Below, piece by piece: positions 52,774-64,000 of a stretch of DNA of 64,000 nt. The position numbers were made by a program, and so were the translations under genes. A model generated the notes under the pieces. The model was not told where the DNA came from, made no database searches, and was given only the letters and a program-made list of their open reading frames with translations. Positions within the stretch are counted from its first letter, which is position 1, and each line of letters opens with the position of its first letter. Source of the DNA: Azolla caroliniana (Eukaryota > Plantae > Polypodiophyta); contig JBHGNT010000017.1 in assembly GCA_043228905.1 (NCBI GenBank), positions 16,802,001-16,866,000 of the forward strand. The letters are read 5' to 3'.

Positions 52774-54994
52774 CTTTCACGTCGGGTTCACCAAAGATGT
52801 CATGAAAATACGACGAGGACACGTGAACTTGAGGCAGAACCCCAGGGCCTACTACCAGAGGATATCAAATTCGTGCGTTTTTGTATTAAGAATAACCGAT
52901 ATGACAAAGTTTGATAAATTTTATTAGTAAAGAAAGAGAAAAATTACAATCTATCCCAAGATTGGGATTATAAAAGTTTAGGAATTATGAGGCTTCGATA
53001 AGAAAAAAAATAGGGTTAGGGTGCTTCTGTATGGAAATTTAGGGTTAAACATGAGATATGGCTTCCATAAGGAAAATTAGGGTTATATGAGAGATATGGC
53101 TTTGATCCCAAAAATTAGGGTTTTAGTCTCCTTGAGGGGATAGAACTCTTAAGAAAACAAAGATTCCTAGTTCTGTCCCCGCCGATAGACATGCATGAAG
53201 GAACTTCAGTTTGCATCTCAATTTCCATTGCATGCATCTCACATGGTGTTTCCTTTAGTTCCATGGCGTCCACATGACCTTTACTTTATGAATGCCCTCC
53301 AATTTCAGTTGCATGCGTCCACTTCAATCGGTTGCCAACTCCATCCAGTTCCGAGCTTCATCCGGTCACCGGTTGCTGGTTTTGTCCGGTTACCGATTCC
53401 ATCCAGTTACCAGTTTTGTCCAGTCATTGGTTCCACCCGGTCGTCGGTTTCTGGCTCCATTGAACTGCTAGGTCCGTCCGGTTGTTGGTTGCTAGTTCCG
53501 GTTCCGTCACCGGTTCCGACAACTTAGCCACATCCATCCATCTAGACAAAGTGGCCCAAGTTCAACCATTCCTTTTGTGCTCTCAAGACATAGATAAAAA
53601 CTAATGGTTTTCAATCTACTTATATAGGTGGATCCTAAAGTTTCCTATTTATGTGGGATATCTCACAATTTTGTTTCCTCTTCTTCTCAAACTTTACACA
53701 CACATAACTTGATACTTGTTTATCCGTTTCATGTGTAGTAAAATGCGTTATGAAGCTCTTAAAGACATCTATCTTTCCATATCAAACCACTAAGCTAACC
53801 TTCAGTAATTATTTTACTAGTTTTTATATCGTGTGTGAAAACCACATAACACCGCCAGCGGCGCCAAATAGATGTGTAGGATCTTGTATCGATGGAGTTA
53901 ACTCCCCAATGTCATTCACGGAGTTTGGACCAGCGTATAGCCTTTTGATGGCGAATCGGGCGGAGATGGTTTTCGGACACCTCCGAGCCTCACACTCACT
54001 TAACGCTTAATAGATGATTAGCATGATATTTTTCTCACTCTCTCAAGCTCACTGTCATAGACATTAGGGTAATGAATGTAGACAATAAGAGTAATGAATA
54101 TGTTATTAACCCTCTTTGCTAAGTGGTCTAGCACCAACAAGGAAGAGACATTATTGTTCTCTAGCTAAACACCTCACTAATCTCTCTTATGCTTAAAGGT
54201 TATAAGGAGGAGAGGAAGCTCTAGCTCTTAATCAATAGGGAGATCTTTACAAATGGAAGAACCCTTACAAAGCCACCACCATGTGGTTTATATAGCATTC
54301 ACATTTAGGGTATGGACCTTTCACACTTGGATGTCCTTTAGCCCTCTTTCTTGTTGCCATTCCCTCTTCGTAGCTCCTTTAGCCATACTATGTCCTTTTT
54401 TATGCGCTCTTCTTCACGACTATTTGTGGTGCAGTCCATGAGCTTAACATGTACTTTCTTCACAATGAAAGTCTTCCATTAAGTTCATTTTCTTTTTTGA
54501 TGCTAACAACAATTGACCTTGTAAGACGTTCTAGTTAAATCAAATCAATTACTCTCAAGCCATTGGGGAAAATAGGTGTATCACACACTGAAGACACATA
54601 TCTTGATATCAAGAGTTGTTTTAATCAGAACGCCTAAAGTTTCGGCATGTAAAACAATCCCTACCTTAGATTGAAACTCGAGGGTTCTATAGGCTTGGAG
54701 GGTTTTGACATGTAAAACCTTCCATCCTAATAGCTTGGTATGCTTGGGTTGAAACTACCTTAGTATGATTGACCTTGGGTTAATTGGTCTTCCCCCCTAA
54801 TTAGAGATAATTTTCCTTTCCCCTAATCGACCTTCCCCGAAATTAGCTTTCATACTACTACCTTGAGTTTATTGGCCGCCCCCCTAAATAGTGTTCTACA
54901 GATAAGAATATGTGTGTATTTACGTATAGTTGTATTCTTTTGAGAGTGTGAGGAAGAGAGAAATCTTGTACATTAATGTGGGGTATCTACTTGT

Positions 54995-55384
54995 GAATAA
55001 GATATATGTTGACGATATGCTCAATGTATGGAGCAATCGAGTAGAGATCGGAAAACTAATGCGGAACCTTCACAACAAGTTCGCGATGAAGGAAGTCGGA
55101 CAAGCCGAACACATACTAGGCATGTGAATCGAGCGAAATCGGAAGACAAAGACTCTTCAGCTCTCCCAGTCCGACTAAATTCGAAAGGTGTTGAGGTGCT
55201 TTAATATGGAGAACACGAAGCCAGCATCGACTACGCTACCGACATTGTTCAGACTATCGGACAAAGACTCTCCTTCAACAGATGAGGATAGAAAGCTCAT
55301 TGGAAAGATACCCTACGCATCGGCGGTAGGAAGTATCATGTACACTATGGTGGCGACCCGGCCTGACCTTGCATATGCCATAGA
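54995..55384 (+). pseudogene. Copia RT fragment (Tnt1/Tork-like)
   Basis: IYVDDML...FAMKEVGQAEHILGM...IPYASAVGSIMYTMVATRPDLAYA. Confidence 0.85.
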
Positions 55385-55696
55385 TGTTATGTACACATAA
55401 TGTACTTGAGGTTAGGTCACTAATATTTACATAAGTGAAGGGTATGTTCACTAATGTTAAAAAGGGGCCTAGGAAAAGGTATAAATATGAGGCTTAGCTA
55501 CCCTCATAAGCACATTATGTCGGAAGACTGTTGTCTTAGACATCGGTGGTGCGAGCTAGGTTTTCATCTCGAGGATCGTGTTTATCTTTTCCAAGGTATT
55601 AGTCATGCTAATATTCAGCAATATGGGACGTCGATGGTAGGTTGGCTATGTCTAGATCATAGCTCGGGGGTGGTCGGGTGGAACGGGTTCTTCTAT
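55385..55696 (+). repeat. Partial LTR of the 352/10104 chromovirus family
   Basis: TGTTATGTACACATAA start; collinear with 10104-10516 apart from a deletion between two AAGGGG motifs; interrupted after TTCTTCTAT. Confidence 0.88.
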
Positions 55697-58344
55697 GGGT
55701 CAAACCATGCTATGGTGTACCAAAAAAGTATTGTTTTTTGCCAAGAAAAACACGAGTACTTTTAGTATTGTTAGTACTAAGTAATTATAAAAAAGCTTTT
55801 AAAAAAATTGAAAAAATTTATAATCTTTTTAAGGAGTGGGGAGGGGGTAGTACACATTGCATGTAATGGGGGGGGGGGGGGGACAGTTGTTGCATATTCA
55901 GGAGTCAGGACTGATTTGGGGGCTATTTCGCCCTCACTTTTAGTTTAGCACGCCACATTAATTGAATTTGGCGCTTCTCACCATTTTGGCGCATCCCCTT
56001 CCTCCCAACCGAGCCCATCTCAGATTCACTGTTTGTCGTTCTTTGCATCTCAGGTATTCACAACACGCAAATGTCCCCAAGATTTGGGATCTTGCCATTC
56101 CTTATCTACAAATCAAACCTACGTGAAAATGATGAAGCGTTCTTTGTGTCACACATCTGAGCCATCTTCGCCTTTCATGGGTATGTCTTCTCCTTCCCTC
56201 GGTATGTCGTATCCTTCCCTCCGTATATCTTCTCCTTCCCTCGGTATTTCTTTAGAACTTTTTTTTAAGCGTTTGTTATTTCATAACTGTTTTTAATGCT
56301 TTAATATTTATTGTTTATCCTTTCAAATGGAAACTTTAGGATTTATTTATGCTGAAAAGATTATGTCTTCATCATCATAATGATTATTATTGTCATTATC
56401 ATCTCCATCTACTTGTTCATTGTTACCATATTACGTTGAGCATATTGTTATTTGTACTATTTCCCGATCTTAATAGAATGATAATCTTCTACCAATGATG
56501 TTAGGCACATGTGGATAACACCTAAAACTTGACTTTTATATTAGCCTATTGGTATGGTTGTCTTTCTTAGTACTGTATTGTTTTGTTAAAGGAATATATG
56601 TGTGTGGTATTATCGTACATGTTTATTCGAAAACGGGTTGATGTGGTTTGCATTGACGTATTAAATACGTTTATTCTACGATGTATTAAGAATTTATTTT
56701 GATTAATTAGGTACTAAAATAACAAGAAATTAGGTGTTGGAATACATGAGAGTGGCAATGGTAAATGTCAAGGAGAGTGAGTTGTCATGTAGCAATTCTA
56801 TGTCTGAGAGGAGCAAGAGGCGGGTGGTTCTTCACATAGTTCATTATTTACTAGAAGTAATTGAGAGATTTACCAAGGAAGATTGTAGGAATATTATCTC
56901 TAGAGTGTTACACCATCAACTTTTGAATGAGTGCATGGATAATATTAAGTTTAGGGACCAATGTGTTTCAGGGGAGATTGTCAAGTTTATGAAGTCATCC
57001 CTACACTTAGTGAAAGGGGTAGAGAGCATAGGTAAGTTTGGTGCAAAGAGAGCAACCATTCACATGGTTGTAAATGGTACAAGAAAAAAAAAATAGTGAT
57101 ACTAAAGTTGCCTTAGCCCTTGGTATTCAAAGAAGAAACTTGAGGAAGCATCGGACAAATATACAGTCAAATCAATTTAAGTGGTTGGGGTTAGGCTGTA
57201 GACGACGATGTGATGCCTTGTCTCATGAGATTATTGAGAATGTGGATTCCTTTTGGACATAAAACACTCGTGTCTCACCGAATAAAAAAGATGTATGTAT
57301 ACAATGTATAAGTCGGGGTAGGTACCGAATTCACCCAAGACACTTCTTGGAGATGACTGAGGTAATTCTTTTGGTTTTATCTGTTTGTTTCTAAATATAT
57401 TTTTTTACTAAAGGATTCTATTAACATTTGTTATTTATTGAGTGATGTAGGCGGAATTGTTCATGAACTTCAAAGACCAACATCCTAACATCAATCTTGG
57501 ATTTCGCAAGTTCCAAGGTTTGAAACTGTTTTTTGTTAGAAAGTTAAAAGAGAGGAACACATGTTGTTGTGTGTACCACATTAAAATGGACATGTTAAGG
57601 CTTGTCCTGAACACTATGTGTACTGATTCTAAGGGTATACACGGGGATGGGTGTGTTTGCACTGGTGAGGTATGTAGACCAAATGGGAGTGATAATAGAT
57701 GTAATGCGTGAAACATGACTTATGCATCGGTTTTTGAGTTATGGAGATCTTTTGTTTGTGAAAAACAACCATCATCTGAGTGGCATAATCGTACATGTCT
57801 TCTAAGAACATGTAAAGTTTTCCCACAACCACCATTTTGTAGACAGGAGCTTGATGTAGATAACTATCATATTGTGAAATGGAAATATTTAGAGTATGTG
57901 ACAGAAAATATAGGTAAGGGTCTTGTTAGTAAGCATATCAAGGAAGTATATAAGGAGACATGTGCTGCTACCCTTGTCTCAGAGTTTAAGAACCAACTCG
58001 AGGAGTTCATTCCACATAACTTTAGGAGTTATTGGCAAAATTCACAGTTCAAGGAATGTATAACTAACTTACCACCAAATATTATAGTCTCTGTTATTGA
58101 CTTTGTAGAGAACTATACGTTTAAAGTTCAAAATGAGGTTCAATCAATGCATTGGTACAATGACCAATGTACAATACTTGTACATATTTGCTACTAGAGA
58201 AAAGACGGTGAGTTACATAAGAAATCAATATTCTATATTTCAGATGATAAAAAACATGATACACTATTTGTTCAACATTGTTTTAAGCTTCACCATGCAG
58301 ATTTATTGTCCTTGGGTGCTGCCTCGTAATTTAAGGCGGCCCGG

Positions 58345-59327
58345 TGTCGTGGTGTGGCGTGTGTAGTGTGAGAAAAAGCGAAGCTTCACGCACATCTCAT
58401 AAAGTAATATATGAATGAAAATATAATAACAAGAATAAAGTTGTAGTAGCTTAGTGGTTAGGGCTTATAAGTATACATGGGGAGCTGTAGAGTTTGAGTC
58501 TCTCTTGTTACAAATCAAGTAAAATTTTGCTCCCCTTCCATTTTTGTGATAAATAAATAAATAAATAAAAGCATGCAATGTAAAAATAGGCACCTCTTTC
58601 CTCTATAAGAGGGGAGGAATAAGGCTTATTCAAGGGTCTCCCATTTTGCCGTAGGGGTGTACCACTAGGGTTTCATCTTCTCCTCTTCTTCTTCTTGATT
58701 TAGGGTTTTGTAGCCTCCCTTTCTCCTTATCACTTTCTCTTTCATCTTCTCCTTCTAGGGTTAGGGTTTGAGAGCTTCTTGCTACTTTTCTATCTTTCTC
58801 CTCAACATATTAGAGAACTCGAGGTTTAGGGTGTTTATGTTCCTTATGAGAATCTAAGGTTCTTCTTTCTTATGAGTTTTAGGGTTTATGAGTTTAGATT
58901 CTATTCTACTTCTTATTCAAGAGAGTTTAGGGCTTGGATTCCTTCCACAATGGCTTCTTCGGCATCTCGGTGGTAGCCAACTCGGTGGCCGGTGGCATAA
59001 GGGAGGTTGTAGTGGCATGAGAACTTCTCCAAATCGAGGCAACATAGTCGTCGAAAGTAGTTGAGCTCGGAGCCCACTAGACTCGCCTTCACCATATTAT
59101 TTTCAGCCCTTTCGTGTTGATTAGCAGTTTTGAATAATGATGAAATTGATTCTATGTAAGAAATAAAACCACCAAAATTGTGGTATTAAGCTTAATTTAT
59201 ATCAAAACTTATGTATATTTCCTCATGTCTTTGTCTTAATCTCCAACTTCCTCACCCCTTGTGTATCCCCAGTCCAAGGCCCCGACAGTCCTGTTCGAGC
59301 GACACATGCACGTGAAACTTCGCGACA
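58345..59327 (+). mobile_element. Solo LTR (TGTCGTGG...CGCGACA), related to G, inserted in the Sola-like transposase
   Basis: Ends match G (TGTCGTG.TGTGGCGTG; ACACATGC.CG.GAAACTTCG.GACA); flanks rejoin to AAR-SFYFIAR; TSD degenerate (CCGG / TGG). Confidence 0.78.
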
Positions 59328-59689
59328 TGGTCCTTCTACTTCATTGCAAGGTGAGGAAATAATCCATATGTTTGGTACTTATAAATGGAAGTCTATTTTG
59401 GTAATACTCCATAGTACTTATAAATGTTTTTATAAAATACCGAATTAGTAATTCTTCGACTACATGCACCAGTACTGTCTTGAAATGTGAATCTGAACTG
59501 ATTGGCCATTTAGCTCTCTCCTCGTAGATTCACTAGTACTGATTATGGTAATTACCATGTTAAGTAAACTTAACTTACAGGTTAGTATTGTCGTCCTACT
59601 TGTACAAGTACTAATTAAGGTTGAGGCCTTGTAATGTATCCGTAATTTACAACATAGTATTGTCCCCAAAGGTGCACATGCACAAGTAC

Positions 59690-60590
59690 TGACAATAGTT
59701 TACAACTAAGTACTCTGATCCCACATGCACAAGTATTGACAATGGTTTACAACTAAGTACTCCGATCCCACATGCACAAGTACTAATTTATAACTTAGGA
59801 TTGTATTCCTTCATTGGCATGAGTACTAATTTATATCTCAGCACTGCCCTCTCTTGTGCATTAGTACTATCCTCTTTCATTCATTAGTACTAATTTATAA
59901 CTTTGGACTGCCATTCGGCAAGCACGAGCACTAATTAATACTTGCATTGCCCCCTCTCGATAATGTTTGTACTAATTCATAACTTAGTTGTATTCAACTT
60001 TGTTCGTTAGTACTAATTTATAACTTAGGATTGTTCTCTCTCATTAATACTAATTATTAACTTAGTACTATCCAACCATGTTCATTAGTACTAATTATTA
60101 GCTTAGTACTGTCCAACTTCATTAAGACCAACTTATAACTTAGGACTGTCCTCTGTCATGCATTAGTACTAATTAATAACTTAGTACTCTCCAACTTTGT
60201 TCATTAAGACCAAATTATAACTTAGGACTGTCCTCTGTCATGCATTGGTACTAATTAATAACTTAGTACTCTCCAACTTTGTTCATTATGACCAACTTAT
60301 AATTTATGGTTGTTCTCTCTCATGCATTAGTACTGATTAGTAACTTACCACTCCCCTCTCTCGTTTGTTAATACTAATTTCCAACTTAGTACTATCCTTT
60401 CTCGTGCATTAGTACTAATTAATAACTTACCACTTCCCTCTCTCGTCTATTAGTACTAATCTCCAACTTAGTACTATCCTCTCTCGTGCATTGGTACTAA
60501 TAAATAACTTAGCACTATCCTCTCTTGTTCATTTGTACTAATTCAAATATTAGTATTGTTCACTCATGCATAAGTAATAATTATGGTTTA
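59690..60590. repeat. AGTACT-rich ~40-bp tandem array in the second transposase intron
   Basis: Recurring CATTAGTACTAATT..AACTTAGTACT units. Confidence 0.85.
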
Positions 60591-61749
60591 AGTCATGCAA
60601 TTAATTATGTTTGTTGGCTAACTCTCATGCAAAACACCCAGATACTTCTCATTGACAAACATTAGGATGCAATGGAACTACTTCGGGTCTGGACATGGAA
60701 AGGGAGAGCACGATGGCGCGGGAGCTGTGATCAAGCGTGCTCTTACATCGGAGCAGTTGGATAATAAAGGTGCTAAGCTACAAAATGCACATGATGTTGT
60801 GGAGTGGCTCACATAGAAGATGTCAAATGATGGTAAGAATAGATTGTTTATTGAGGTTTGTGCTAATGAGGTGGATAGGAATAAATCATCTGGTTGTAAA
60901 AACGTGAAAGGGATGCGCAAGACCCATTGTGTTTTAGGGTTTAGTCGCAAGGATACAACACAATTGTTATTCCGCAGTTTATCGTGCTTTTGTTCCATGT
61001 GTTTAGATGAAGATTGGGATGAATGCACCAATCTATCAATTATGGGGCCATGGAAGCTATAGAAGCTAGAGATAGAACACAGTGTGAATATGCACGAAAA
61101 CGAACATTCAGACAATATTGTATACTACAACCAGTGTGAGGACTTGGCGATATTATTGGAAGTTGGAGATCATTTTGCAGTGCTCAAATCTCCTCATAAT
61201 GAAGATTTTGAAGACTACTACATTGTGGTGTGCAAGCAAGGAAATACAATATTGGAAGAAGTCGTGAGGGATGGCTGGGGCAACATGTTCAATGTTGGTG
61301 AGTCTGTCGTGTATGGCAACTACTATGGAAAGTTGCAACAATGCAAGAACACATATGCATTGTTAAAAGATGCACCCACCGCAATTATCTATGTTGATGC
61401 CATTATCGCAATCAAGTTCAAAATGACTCAAGAAAAGCACAAGGTTAAGGGATACAACACTGTCTAAAAAGTCCCCAAAGGGGTACACGAACACGTATTG
61501 GGGGGGATCTCCCTCTTTAATGCTTAGAATGGCAAGTGTTACGTCTAATGTAACTTTTGCATATATTCAAACTCTGACTTACAAGTAAAAGGAAATATAT
61601 CATCTTGGGTTTTCATATTTATCTTGGGTTTTCTAACAATATCCCTCTTTGGTTTAGAGATGTATGTTTCTTTTACATGAAGTGTCTAGTGCTTGGTAAA
61701 AAATCTCATTGGCTAGTATCTGAGCTTACGTTAGTATCAAAGTTAGGAG

Positions 61750-61866
61750 TTCATATCTGTGCCTATAACTCTTTAGTGGTTCATATGTATCATATGTGTG
61801 CCTATAACTCTTTAGTGGTTCATATGTATCATATGTGTGCCTATAACTCTTTAGGAGTTCATATGT
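61750..61866. repeat. Three tandem ~39-bp units (TCATATGTGTGCCTATAACTCTTTAGTGGTTCATATGTA)
   Basis: Directly visible. Confidence 0.85.
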
Positions 61867-62469
61867 ATAAAGGTTAGTAGAATGCATATCAAGTTAGTAC
61901 TAAATCTGTGTTAAGAGTTTGCTAACGTAGACATATGTAAGATAAGAGTGTTCATTCCACGCATCACTCATCTTCTCACTGTCACATGTGTGCATAACAA
62001 GTAAACCAGAACAATGTCATGATGAGGTAATCAATAACTTAACATTTCTATCAATAATAGACAACCACCCAGATACAATAAACTTATCTAGGTACTGAGC
62101 GCCACTTCATCATCGGAGGTAGTAGACTATTGAGTGACACGCGGTGGTACTAAATTAGCTACAATGTATATCAAGTTAGTACTTAAACTATGTTAAGTGT
62201 TTACTAACCTAGACATATCTAAGATAGGAGTGTTCATTCCACTCATGACTTTACATTCTTACCATCACATGTGTGCATAACAAGTAAATTAAAACTGTGT
62301 CAAGATGAGGGTAATCAATGACTTAGCATTCCTATCAATATCTTTGCATCCAATTCACATCCTGGATATGTAAACCCCATTAGTGTCAAGAAGCAAGTAA
62401 TCAATAACTTTACATTCGGTAATCAATTACATACAACGATCAAAATACAATAACTTGCAATATTTTGGA

Positions 62470-63592
62470 CAAATACCTCATTCGTAGTACCACACAGTCC
62501 TTCTTCATGGGTAATTGCGAGGGTCTTCTTGGGTAATTGCGGTGGTGTTTTGGACACACGCCTCATTCTTTGTACAACCATGATCCTCTCCTTGGGTCAA
62601 TTTCACATTCTCTACAGACTCCATTGCAAAGTTGCTTGTCACCTCATGCTTTGTCCACCAACTCTTCTGTTTGGGTGATCTCACATTCCCCATGTGTGGT
62701 AGCATCTGAGCCTGAATAATCAAGATTGCTCCATAAACTACCTGAATCATTTGATGGTATTTGTGAATCTACATGCTCTTCTACTCCTAACTAACAGTAA
62801 AGTGATGCAAGAACAATATCAATTCACATTCTGAAAAAGTGAAGGCACCTAGCCAAATGTTTAAGGTTAAGGGACCAATGGTTACCTACTGTTACATCGT
62901 CATTGTTGCTTGGGATGGTCCCAGTTTCAAGTTGGGGCTCTTCATCATGCCAATATTTCACAACACTCTCTATGTATTAATACACTTGTACATTATTGTC
63001 ACGTGAAGTAATATGGTCAAAATAACAATTATATGAGAGGGCTCCCAACACGTACCTGGAAGTGAGATAAATTCTTCTTCATATTGTGGCTCTGAATTTG
63101 TATCTCCATTTTCATTACTCTTTTCTTCCTTGTATAAAAACAAAAGTATGTAGTATTAGTCTAACTCATCAAGATGACAACAACCACAAGTTTGTGAGAA
63201 TTTGTATTACCCACCACAACAATCAACTTTGCATTTCTTCCCCTTTATGTACAATTTCCTTGCAGCATTATGCTTCTTCGTAGGCTCTTTGATAGAAACA
63301 TAATAAATTAGTAGTATACCAACATTTTAGAAATTAGAAAGGCAAACACAATTAGCATTACCATTCACACAGTCAAGGCGTGCCGAGCTAGGAGATTTTG
63401 TTTCAAGCATCACATCTTCAACTGTTCCAATGGCCTTTCTCATACATTCATCTTCATCATAAACTTCATCAGGTACCACTAAGGAACGACCGTGGACTTT
63501 GGAATTTGTAGCAAACTCTGTATGTAATATCGCGGGGCCTGGTTTGTCAATTACCTTCCCTGGTGTGGTGTTGCTAGAAACTACAACATTCA
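62470..63592 (-). other. Possible exon remnants of an unidentified second gene inside the Sola-like element
   Basis: Coding-like blocks (VVVSSNTTPGK...DEVYDEDEC; VVYGAIL...QEDPRNYP) with plausible AG/GT edges; no recognisable domain. Confidence 0.3.
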
Positions 63593-64000
63593 TATTATAC
63601 GCATACATATTATAAGAGTACATATTATAACATGAGTCCAAAATTACAAATATAGTACTGATCCACCTGGACATGCATATTTCAACTGGTAACGAACAAT
63701 GTTAGTACTAAAAAGCCAACACACTCATGTCTATTTGTTCGGTCATGCAAAGCCTAATTCAAGTGGACACAAAAAGTACAATGCAATAAGCAATGTTAGT
63801 ACTAATACGAGTTATACAACTAAACATTTAGGACCCTCCATACTAAATAGTCAATATTGAATCAATTGATCATGAAGGAATACAATGTATTAAGTAATGT
63901 TAGTACTTAATCAACATCTAAAGAACTTAAAGGATTAGTACTAAGGCACCTGGACATGCATATTTCATCTGGTAATGAACAATGTTAATACTAAAAAGCC

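Larger units (their letters stand above)
24117..53851 (-). mobile_element. Non-autonomous tRNA-Trp-primed Gypsy element B (gag plus acidic tail, no pol), host to nested insertions
   Basis: Homologous LTRs 24117-25436 and 52798-53851; PBS complementary to plant tRNA-Trp (TTCACGTCGGGTTCACCA at 52776-52793); PPT-like TGGTGGGGGTGAA next to 25436; 4-bp TSD CCGG/CCGC. Confidence 0.8.
17077..54587 (-). mobile_element. Outermost nest element: Athila-like (tRNA-Asp PBS) Gypsy remnant; pieces at 53873-54587 (LTR), 53852-53866 plus 24042-24116, and 17077-17615
   Basis: Rejoining the flanks of the 24117-53851 insertion gives TGGCGCCGCTGCCGGGGA on the minus strand, an Athila-type Asp PBS. It lies next to a TGTG...CACA LTR-like block. 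17077-17400 encodes a repetitive peptide on the minus strand. Confidence 0.6.
56734..61527 (+). pseudogene. Sola2-like DDD transposase with spliceosomal introns (57362-57450, 59351-60641)
   Basis: Motifs RNTCCCVYH, IDFVENY, QNEVQSMHW, YISDDKKHD, AAS*FKAAR/SFYFIAR, WNYFGSGHGKGEHDGAGAVIKR, RSLSCFCSMC. Removing the GT-AG introns restores the frame; several stops remain. Confidence 0.72.
55697..64000 (+). mobile_element. Sola2-like DNA transposon, right end outside the window
   Basis: Begins GGGTCAAACC exactly where the LTR homology breaks and contains the transposase pseudogene listed next. Confidence 0.6.

Noticed and set aside
59690-60590. CRISPR-like periodicity
   Set aside because: The inter-motif segments are mutually similar and the array lies in a spliceosomal intron.

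Overview
Eukaryotic, transposon-saturated plant DNA with no intact host gene. The mix of Tcn1-like, tRNA-Trp-primed non-chromovirus Gypsy, Copia, MULE and Sola-like elements suggests a non-seed land plant, probably a bryophyte or lycophyte (inference). 1-13.4 kb: a decayed MULE transposase is split by a chromovirus LTR element (TSD GATGT). The gag-PR-RT half of that element is inverted, and it contains head-to-tail mRNA-like pseudogenes of histone H4 and OSTC/DC2 plus a 2.5-kb TG/TA microsatellite field. 13.4-17.1 kb: a Tcn1-like chromovirus with a self-priming type PBS. 17.1-54.6 kb: a five-level nest of LTR elements resolved by LTRs, PBS, PPT and TSDs; the youngest member is a gag-only element with apparently identical 642-bp LTRs and the only long intact ORF in the window. 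55.7-64 kb: an intron-containing Sola2-like DNA transposon. Cross-cutting patterns: LTR elements with TGTCG...GACA-type ends sit at NCGN target sites, and several unrelated LTR families carry a tRNA-like A/B-box module in U3. All calls come from reading the sequence by eye; no database search or alignment was run.
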